A stretch of DNA of 28,053 nt, taken from the IMG/VR virus record IMGVR_UViG_3300007609_000073, positions 1 through 28,053 of that record. One strand, written 5' to 3'. This stretch comes from a virus (lineage: Duplodnaviria > Caudoviricetes). Positions 1-6,085 of this stretch are shown piece after piece (the first letter of the stretch is position 1; every line of letters starts with the position of its first letter). The translations under genes were made by a program, and so were the position numbers. Under the pieces are notes generated by a model. It had not been told where the DNA came from and did not search any database. It saw only the letters and a program-made list of their open reading frames with translations.

Positions 1-46
1 AGCCCATTGCAAAAATCATTGCTGTTTCTTTTATCCATCTAACCAT
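1..46 (-). CDS. Partial small early protein (runs off the window edge)
   Basis: ATG at 46 preceded by GGAGGG; reads MVRWIKETAMIFAMG with no stop to the edge; overlaps the end of ORF 39..245. Confidence 0.55.
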   Translation of the reverse strand, partial: MVRWIKETAMIFAMG

Positions 47-245
47 TGTCCGCCCTCCCTAGATATTCCATCGTGTGGCTACACTCTGGCACACTCTCCG
101 CACAATTGCAAGAACTGAAACTCTTCAAGTGCTTGGGGCAATTCTCTCCAGTTTGAAAAGCGTTATAAATCTCTTCCGCCTCTTCTTCACTATCTGCCGA
201 AATCTCGACTTCTTCACAAACTACTAACGCCCTAAAGTTCTTCAC
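39..245 (-). CDS. Small acidic phage protein with an (I/V)xAxSxEEAEE motif (DpnD/PcfM-like) and a Cys/His-rich C-terminus
   Basis: 68 aa; GTGA overlap with upstream gene; EISADSEEEAEEIY motif. Confidence 0.75.
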   Translation of the reverse strand: MKNFRALVVCEEVEISADSEEEAEEIYNAFQTGENCPKHLKSFSSCNCAESVPECSHTMEYLGRADNG

Positions 246-454
246 GCTTTCGCCTCCATTGTCTGCAAGATTTCGCCCTTGTCATTGGTTAGCACAATCT
301 CACCAATTGCCCAACTGCTTTTGGTGTCTTTGTGTGCCTTGTCCATAATGTGGCCAATGGCCTCCAGTGTGGCAACATCGTCACGACTTGCCCAAACTGT
401 TTTGGTGTTTGTCTTTCCGTTTAGCTTTGCTTTTAGTGTGTATGGCTTCAACAT
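242..454 (-). CDS. Hypothetical early protein, first gene of the leftward operon
   Basis: 70 aa; SD AAAGAAAGGG 7 nt upstream of ATG; promoter directly upstream. Confidence 0.85.
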   Translation of the reverse strand: MLKPYTLKAKLNGKTNTKTVWASRDDVATLEAIGHIMDKAHKDTKSSWAIGEIVLTNDKGEILQTMEAKA

Positions 455-484
455 TGTTTTACCCTTTCTTTATGTTGTAATCAA

Positions 485-514
485 AAGTTAGCACAACGGG
501 CAAACACTTGTCAA
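485..514 (-). promoter_or_regulatory. Leftward sigmaA/sigma70-type promoter
   Basis: TTGACA (514-509), 18-nt spacer, extended -10 TGc-TAACTT (490-485). Confidence 0.75.
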
Positions 515-548
515 GCATTTTCTAAAAAAAGTTTTTTTCTTTTTCAGC

Positions 549-577
549 TTGACAATCTCCAAAACCTCCCCTAATGT
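549..577 (+). promoter_or_regulatory. Rightward sigmaA-type promoter of the candidate small RNA
   Basis: TTGACA 549-554, 17-nt spacer, TAATGT 572-577; A/T tracts upstream. Confidence 0.7.
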
Positions 578-583
578 TTTCAA

Positions 584-641
584 CGGGTCGAGTGCTTGAA
601 ACTTCTTCCCCCTTTCTTGTTTCAAGCACTCGACTTTTTTT
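584..641 (+). ncRNA. Candidate hairpin small RNA with anti-Shine-Dalgarno loop and intrinsic terminator
   Basis: Perfect 16-bp stem GTCGAGTGCTTGAAAC (587-602)/GTTTCAAGCACTCGAC (619-634), 16-nt loop TTCTTCCCCCTTTCTT, T7 tract 635-641, promoter immediately upstream. Confidence 0.65.
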
Positions 642-702
642 ATGCCTGAGATGGATCACTAAGAAAAAAACCCTGAGATAAAAACCGCTCAAAAAACCAG
701 AG

Positions 703-1014
703 ACAAATTCGTGTCGTGGAATGAATTTGTTCCAGACCTAATTCTCTCTCTCTAACTATTAGTAATAATAATATATATATATATAATCTAGGAGAGAGAG
801 GGCTTGTAAAAATCGCCTTTTTGAACCGTATTTGCACAATTCTGCGTACAAATTCGTCTAAATAATCGTATTTGCACCAAATCCCAAAACACTACAACGC
901 TATACATTACATAAAACGCTATTTCAAAATAGTATTTCTGCAGCGAAATAAAATAGTGTATAGTGTTGTAATGTTTTCAAGTTGCGTACAAATTCGTTTA
1001 TTTGAACGAATTTG
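703..1014. repeat. AT-rich repeat block, candidate replication origin or operator array
   Basis: ACAAATTCGT at 703, 848 and 988 with inverted partners at 721-730 and 1005-1014; CGTATTTGCAC twice; (TC)n-(AT)n-(GA)n core at ~743-800; 22-bp imperfect inverted repeat 886-907/956-977. Confidence 0.55.
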
Positions 1015-1023
1015 CCCAATTAC

Positions 1024-1052
1024 TTGACAACATAATTACAAACCGTTATAGT
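1024..1052 (+). promoter_or_regulatory. Strong rightward early promoter
   Basis: TTGACA 1024-1029, 17-nt spacer, TATAGT 1047-1052; SD AAAGAAAGGGG 1066-1076. Confidence 0.85.
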
Positions 1053-1082
1053 CAAAACTAGGTACAAAGAAAGGGGCAAAAA

Positions 1083-1430
1083 ATGCCACAACTAAAAGTA
1101 AACAACAGAGAATTCAACATTGAATTCGATGGCTCAATGCAGGGGTTCAGAATGAATGCCAGTGAATGGGACGGTTCCAATTGGCAGGATATCGAGTATT
1201 TCACTTGGGATATTCAGCGAATTGGGCAGACACAATTCGAGGCTCTATGCGACTTGTCCAGTGAGCTATTCAGAGAGGCAGTTTATGCTGAAGATTTTGC
1301 CATAACTCTTGGCGTTGATATCCGTTTCTCTGATGATGTTGATTGCAGAGATTGTGACTATTTCGGAAACTATTCAGAGATGGCAGAAGTAGATGATGAG
1401 TATCTCTGCCTAGATTGCGAGGCAAAATAA
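1083..1430 (+). CDS. Acidic early protein with C-terminal CxxC...CxxC zinc ribbon
   Basis: 115 aa; strong SD; CRDC and CLDC motifs. Confidence 0.85.
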   Translation: MPQLKVNNREFNIEFDGSMQGFRMNASEWDGSNWQDIEYFTWDIQRIGQTQFEALCDLSSELFREAVYAEDFAITLGVDIRFSDDVDCRDCDYFGNYSEMAEVDDEYLCLDCEAK

Positions 1431-1831
1431 TGAAATCACTACAACCACGACAAACTGAATTCGGCTTAGGCGTATTCGAGGGCTTAGAGATAGTAGCGGT
1501 ATATAAGCCAAACTATTTGCAGTCACCAGAGGATATTGGTGCTGAACTTGAGCCAATGCAGGTACAAGCGTGGAAACAGAGTTACTGGTGCTATGCAGAC
1601 TTGACTATCCAAGCCCGTTTCGAGGGAATGATATTAGGTGAGATCGAGAGAGAGAACTTTATCTATGGACAATTTCCAGACCCTGACACTCGGCAATTGC
1701 TTGATTTCAGCGAACACAACTTTTGGCAACCGGTGAGAGATGAACTGATTGAAGATAACCAGCACAAACACGCCATATTCGAGGCTAAGGCTTTTTTGAA
1801 TAGGGCAAAGAAACTAATGGAGGCAAACTAA
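1430..1831 (+). CDS. Hypothetical early protein
   Basis: Start moved to ATG 1430 (TAATG overlap); MKSLQPRQ... Confidence 0.8.
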   Translation: MKSLQPRQTEFGLGVFEGLEIVAVYKPNYLQSPEDIGAELEPMQVQAWKQSYWCYADLTIQARFEGMILGEIERENFIYGQFPDPDTRQLLDFSEHNFWQPVRDELIEDNQHKHAIFEAKAFLNRAKKLMEAN

Positions 1832-2190
1832 TGAACACACAAGTAACACTGACTGGCTTAGTTGCGACTACGCCTAGACAAACCAATGGACAAACCCGTT
1901 TCAGGCTGGTAACAGTCGAGGGCGAGGGAAACGACCACCTAGCTAGTGATGGTTCATCACACAGCACAAATTGGTTCACCATAAAATGCCCTGTTTCAAT
2001 GGCAGACAATGTTTTACAGTCAATTCAGAAAGGCAACAGGGTAATTCTCACTGGAGATTTGCAAGTCAATGAATGGGACAATGGCGAAATGACTGGCACA
2101 ACAGTTGAGATAGTCGTGTCTGCAATTGGCTACGACCTAACCTATGGCGTTTCAGAGAACACGAGAATATTCAAAACGGAGGATAACTAA
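1831..2190 (+). CDS. ssb: Single-stranded DNA-binding protein, short actinobacterial host-like type
   Basis: OB-fold SSB motifs VTLTGLVATTPR, TNWFTI, SIQKGNRVILTGDL, TTVEI...IGYDLTYG. Confidence 0.85.
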   Translation: MNTQVTLTGLVATTPRQTNGQTRFRLVTVEGEGNDHLASDGSSHSTNWFTIKCPVSMADNVLQSIQKGNRVILTGDLQVNEWDNGEMTGTTVEIVVSAIGYDLTYGVSENTRIFKTEDN

Positions 2191-2375
2191 TGAAAACAGT
2201 GAATGACTTAGTGGCTAAAATGCTTGAGCTTTTTCCCTATTCAAATATTGAAGAAGATAGAAATGGCGAGCTAATTGTATATACAGCCCTAACAGCCGAT
2301 GAAAGTGAAAATTTGGTTGAGATCGATCAAGACACGCAACTGGAAAACAGTTGGGAATTATGGGAGGAAAGCTAA
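2190..2375 (+). CDS. Small acidic hypothetical protein
   Basis: 61 aa; TAATG coupling; SD GGAGG. Confidence 0.8.
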   Translation: MKTVNDLVAKMLELFPYSNIEEDRNGELIVYTALTADESENLVEIDQDTQLENSWELWEES

Positions 2376-2503
2376 TGCAGATATTAGATATTTGTGATGA
2401 TTTTGCACCCGATACCCTAGCCCCTGATGAGGGTGATGGATTTGATTACACGCTAATTTGTTCCAGTTGTTTCTGGCACAAAGACGACCATAAGAAAGGA
2501 TAA
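2375..2503 (+). CDS. Small hypothetical protein, 42 aa (not in ORF track)
   Basis: MQILDICDDF...CSSCFWHKDDHKKG; TAATG coupling; SD GGAGG. Confidence 0.7.
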   Translation: MQILDICDDFAPDTLAPDEGDGFDYTLICSSCFWHKDDHKKG

Positions 2504-2506
2504 CTA

Positions 2507-2668
2507 ATGAGTGAATACACGCCAACAACACCTGCAACTGCCGAGGCTTTTGACTATGGCTACGCAAAGGGAATTGAGGACACGCTTTACGACCTACAAG
2601 CGATATACCCCGAAATCAAGAACAGCGACCTATGGAAAGAATACATAGAGAAAGGCGTAAGACAATGA
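2507..2668 (+). CDS. Small hypothetical protein, 53 aa (not in ORF track)
   Basis: MSEYTPTTPATAEAFDYGYAKGIED...; SD AAGAAAGGA; ATGA overlap with next gene. Confidence 0.75.
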   Translation: MSEYTPTTPATAEAFDYGYAKGIEDTLYDLQAIYPEIKNSDLWKEYIEKGVRQ

Positions 2669-2973
2669 TAAGCAAAAAGTATGTATTTATTTATAGCTAC
2701 GACCACGAGTACGACAAGACACCCGTTGTCGAGGTATTTGAAACTGAACTAGACACAGACACCGGTTTGGATCAAGTAGGCACAATGGTTGAGCAACACA
2801 AGTTCACAGATAGTGAGTGCCACTGGATTGACAACAGAGAAGGCAGAACATTCTTAGGGCAGTCAAGCTGGTACGAGATATTGACAACAGAGGACAATTG
2901 GCAAACCCAATTCCCCGAAACTATTGTGCAGAAGTTAGAAAGTCTGCCAGAGTACGAAAGGTTAGAGATATGA
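2665..2973 (+). CDS. Hypothetical early protein
   Basis: Start moved to ATG 2665 (SD AGAAAGG, ATGA overlap). Confidence 0.8.
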   Translation: MISKKYVFIYSYDHEYDKTPVVEVFETELDTDTGLDQVGTMVEQHKFTDSECHWIDNREGRTFLGQSSWYEILTTEDNWQTQFPETIVQKLESLPEYERLEI

Positions 2974-3110
2974 GAACAGTTAGGTTATCTGGCAATGATT
3001 TTGCCGAGATAAGGCGAATTGTCGAGTTATATGTTCTTGAATGGGAACTACTAGGCAAAGAGCCACCAGAAGAAGCACAGACACTATATAGAAAGTTGAG
3101 AAATCAATGA
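2970..3110 (+). CDS. Small hypothetical protein, 46 aa
   Basis: Start moved to ATG 2970 (ATGA overlap); MRTVRLSGNDF... Confidence 0.7.
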   Translation: MRTVRLSGNDFAEIRRIVELYVLEWELLGKEPPEEAQTLYRKLRNQ

Positions 3111-3268
3111 AGGAGTATCTGGTAGTGATAATGCTTGAGGGAACTTTAGATATGAGCGTATTTGCCGAGAGTAGAGAAGAGGCAGAGGAAATAGCACAGA
3201 ACACTAAGTTCCACTTGGATCAAGTTCACGAGTGGGACACAACAATAACCATAACCGAGGAGGAATAA
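3107..3268 (+). CDS. Small acidic protein with VxAESxEEAEE motif, 53 aa (not in ORF track)
   Basis: MKEYLVVIMLEGTLDMSVFAESREEAEEIA...; ATGA/TAATG overlaps. Confidence 0.75.
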   Translation: MKEYLVVIMLEGTLDMSVFAESREEAEEIAQNTKFHLDQVHEWDTTITITEEE

Positions 3269-3402
3269 TGGTTGAGATAGCACAACACTTAGGACACAAA
3301 ATCTATGTAGCCAGATATGGATATGCAGATAGCACACACCACCACGCAATTGAATGTATGGATTGTATGGAGATAATCATTGACGATGAAGGAGAAGAAT
3401 AA
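3268..3402 (+). CDS. Small HxxH/CxxC putative zinc-binding protein, 44 aa (not in ORF track)
   Basis: MVEIAQHLGHKIYVARYG...AIECMDCMEIIID; SD GAGGAGG. Confidence 0.75.
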   Translation: MVEIAQHLGHKIYVARYGYADSTHHHAIECMDCMEIIIDDEGEE

Positions 3403-3542
3403 TGCGAGGATATGTTGAAGCACTAGAGAATGCACAAATTAGTAACCCTAACGCTGGCTATGACGAGGTTATGGAGAACTACTACGAGGCGATTGATATC
3501 GCCAGAGATAATGCCAAATACGAGCCAGAGGAGGACGACTAA
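3402..3542 (+). CDS. Small acidic protein, 46 aa (not in ORF track)
   Basis: MRGYVEALENA...EPEEDD; TAATG overlaps at both ends. Confidence 0.7.
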   Translation: MRGYVEALENAQISNPNAGYDEVMENYYEAIDIARDNAKYEPEEDD

Positions 3543-4054
3543 TGGGATTAGACCAGAGTTTCTACCTAAGAAAATGGGTTAGCTCGATTGACTGGATCAA
3601 GACCAATGGAGGCGACTTAGTTGATAATGATGAATATGACAAGCTCACTTATCACTTTATGCCAGAGGATATTGACAAGCACGCTAGGCACAAGTCTGCA
3701 CACATTGAAGTCAAGCTAATTGACTTGAGAAAGCTATATCCGCTTGAAGAGTGGTTAGACGCCAATTGTGAGTTTGCAGAGGGCAGAGATGAATTCGAGA
3801 TCTCGCTGGACGAGTTTGAGAACTTAGCCAAAGCTTGTAGAGAAGTTGTGCAAGCGTCAGAGAGAGGGCTTGAAGATGAATATTTCACAAACCGCTTTTT
3901 CAACTATTTCGGAAGTGTGAGAGATTACACCACAAGAGATATTGAGTATTTCGTGGAACAGCTTGACAAGCTTGCCGATTGCATTGACGACACACTGAAG
4001 CTAACTAAGAGAGATGGGTTTCACTACGAGATCAGGTATTCGAGGAGCTACTGA
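3542..4054 (+). CDS. Conserved hypothetical phage protein (MGLD...Y N-terminus family)
   Basis: 170 aa; MGLDQSFY start and Y.RSY end resemble a widespread phage family. Confidence 0.8.
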   Translation: MGLDQSFYLRKWVSSIDWIKTNGGDLVDNDEYDKLTYHFMPEDIDKHARHKSAHIEVKLIDLRKLYPLEEWLDANCEFAEGRDEFEISLDEFENLAKACREVVQASERGLEDEYFTNRFFNYFGSVRDYTTRDIEYFVEQLDKLADCIDDTLKLTKRDGFHYEIRYSRSY

Positions 4055-4413
4055 TGGAATATACATTCTTTACATACAACGAAAATGGCTATGCAGTCGC
4101 TGAAGCGTATGTAGGCAATAATCAACCAGTTCACACGCTGAAGCTACCGTTGCAAGAATTTTATGCAGAAGAAGTTGCATATCTACTTGACAACGAGGAC
4201 TGGATGGACGATGCTGAGAATTATGAACACTATAAAGAGATGAACTGGAATGGTTTCACAGCTGGTGACACACCACCGCTCGTGAAATGGTGGCTTGCAA
4301 GCCTCCCCACACCAACAAAGAAACAAAGGAGAGATACGTGGATAGAACCGAGCAAGAGTATGCCCTTATGGAGATGGCTACTTGGATTGATACGGTGGCT
4401 AAGACTGAGTTAG
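4054..4413 (+). CDS. Hypothetical protein
   Basis: 119 aa; TGATG coupling; SD GAGGAG. Confidence 0.75.
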   Translation: MEYTFFTYNENGYAVAEAYVGNNQPVHTLKLPLQEFYAEEVAYLLDNEDWMDDAENYEHYKEMNWNGFTAGDTPPLVKWWLASLPTPTKKQRRDTWIEPSKSMPLWRWLLGLIRWLRLS

Positions 4414-4565
4414 AACTTGGGCTGGCTACACACACAGCAAAGATTGCACTCGATCAGGCGATTGACTTTATTGAGAGAAACATTGCTGAAAACCCTGACA
4501 GGCACAAAACTGTCGTTCAACTAATGAAAACAAGAATAAAGATTTCGGAGAAACTATATGAATAA
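4338..4565 (+). CDS. Hypothetical protein
   Basis: GTG 4338 with SD AAGGAG, in frame with track ORF 4287..4565. Confidence 0.65.
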   Translation: MDRTEQEYALMEMATWIDTVAKTELELGLATHTAKIALDQAIDFIERNIAENPDRHKTVVQLMKTRIKISEKLYE

Positions 4566-4950
4566 GCAAATACTAAACGATGTAATGGTTGAGGTATGGG
4601 ACGCCGAGAATGGCGTTGATATGTACGATGACGACCTAGACAATGTTGATTTGAGATTGACCGTCTATAAAGCGTATGACAGCAACTACACCGAGGACTA
4701 TATGAGTATGTATAAGTCAGAACAGTTGGGCGTGGATCAGTTTGCCGAGGCTATGGGCAGAGATATGGAGAGTGCCATTGGGTTTACAGAGTGGATGACT
4801 GCACTGTATGCACTAACCCAATACAACTTCCCCAAAGATATTCAGAACTTTATTATCTACACAATTGCCGAACAAGAAGGCGTTACCGTTGGAGAGATTG
4901 AGCAGATGATCGCACACGAGAAGAATGAGTTAGCAAAGCTAGGGGTTTGA
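4558..4950 (+). CDS. Acidic hypothetical protein
   Basis: 130 aa; overlaps both neighbours. Confidence 0.8.
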   Translation: MNKQILNDVMVEVWDAENGVDMYDDDLDNVDLRLTVYKAYDSNYTEDYMSMYKSEQLGVDQFAEAMGRDMESAIGFTEWMTALYALTQYNFPKDIQNFIIYTIAEQEGVTVGEIEQMIAHEKNELAKLGV

Positions 4951-4952
4951 CA

Positions 4953-5147
4953 ATGACACAGTTTTACTTTGACACAGATGGCAACTATGGCGAGGCCGAT
5001 GACTTGATCATTGCTCACACAGACCAGTTTGATGAAGATGACTGGGCAATGATTGAGCAAGCACCAGCTGACCTAAGAATTCACGTTGTCGAATTGATTC
5101 TAAAGACTAAGACAGGCACACAGACAAGGACACTAAAAGGATTATGA
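4953..5147 (+). CDS. Small acidic phage protein (YFxxDGNYG motif)
   Basis: ATG 4953 after AGGGG; FYFDTDGNYGEA...DW motif. Confidence 0.75.
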   Translation: MTQFYFDTDGNYGEADDLIIAHTDQFDEDDWAMIEQAPADLRIHVVELILKTKTGTQTRTLKGL

Positions 5148-5413
5148 GTACCTACGATGTAAAGGTGACCGGTGATCTCAACAAGGTCGGAACATTCCTA
5201 GCAGACTTGCTGGAGCGACAGATAACACCTTTGAACCTGAAATACCACAACCTAAAGATTGATGACCTAAAGTGGATGACACTTGAGAATGGCTCATCAG
5301 AAACTAACGGGCGAATTCACGTCCACGAGGACAAGATCAAGAGATTGCACTTGACCCAAATAAACACACAATACAGAATAAAAATTACAGCAAAGAAAGT
5401 AGAAAACAAATGA
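5144..5413 (+). CDS. Hypothetical protein
   Basis: 89 aa; ATGA overlaps. Confidence 0.75.
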   Translation: MSTYDVKVTGDLNKVGTFLADLLERQITPLNLKYHNLKIDDLKWMTLENGSSETNGRIHVHEDKIKRLHLTQINTQYRIKITAKKVENK

Positions 5414-5886
5414 ACCTAAGCACACAGGCAAAGAACGCATTAGACCGAGTAGTAAACACCCACGTTTCTTATAAAATCGCCAGAGAGGGCTTTGAGCGTG
5501 AGTTACAGGCAGAACTACAAGAGAAGCTAAAAGAGTTTGTTGAGCAACGCAACAGGGCTGTGATTATGGCTGATAAGGCTGGAGTGCCGAGAACACAAAT
5601 TGGCAAGGCAATGGGAACAACCAATTACAGAACTGTGCAAGAGATACTAGAGGAAGCTGCTGACAGCGTGGACTTTGTCGCTGGTGAGAATGATAACTGG
5701 GCGATCAATAAGGTCGAGAACGGCTATGAGCTTTCGATTATTGAGCTAGGTGCAGGAGCGGTTAGCGGTACAGCAATTGTGCGTGTCAATGACGGAGAGC
5801 TGGAGTTTGTTCAGGGAGATCCGTTTGTAGTGCCACAGGTTTACCGCAACAACATTGCACCTGAGATCATTCAGGCGATTGCTTGA
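5410..5886 (+). CDS. Putative helix-turn-helix DNA-binding protein
   Basis: ADKAGVPRTQIGKAMGTT HTH-like segment after a long helix. Confidence 0.6.
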   Translation: MNLSTQAKNALDRVVNTHVSYKIAREGFERELQAELQEKLKEFVEQRNRAVIMADKAGVPRTQIGKAMGTTNYRTVQEILEEAADSVDFVAGENDNWAINKVENGYELSIIELGAGAVSGTAIVRVNDGELEFVQGDPFVVPQVYRNNIAPEIIQAIA

Positions 5887-6085
5887 TTTTGGCATAGCTT
5901 TCTCACTTTTTGGATTACCTTTACTTGCTGTTGCCTATGGATTTATATCTCACTACATAGACAGCAAGAAGTATCCAAAGGTTGAGCAAAAGCAAACAAC
6001 TGTAAGCAATGACAACCTTTACTTGAAACAGGAGCCATACAACCGTTATGACGGAGGAGATTACAACCACGCTGAAACCCTATGA
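5879..6085 (+). CDS. Small single-pass membrane protein (start uncertain)
   Basis: Hydrophobic FGIAFSLFGLPLLAVAYGFI; fills the gap before the helicase; probable TTG start. Confidence 0.55.
   Translation: MLDFGIAFSLFGLPLLAVAYGFISHYIDSKKYPKVEQKQTTVSNDNLYLKQEPYNRYDGGDYNHAETL

Noticed and set aside
640-837. 65-aa minus-strand ORF
   Set aside because: Runs through low-complexity (AT)n/(TC)n repeats with no SD; probably spurious.
703-1014. CRISPR or mini-array
   Set aside because: Repeats are 10-15 nt, irregularly spaced and in mixed orientation; the Cas4-like gene is an ordinary phage exonuclease.
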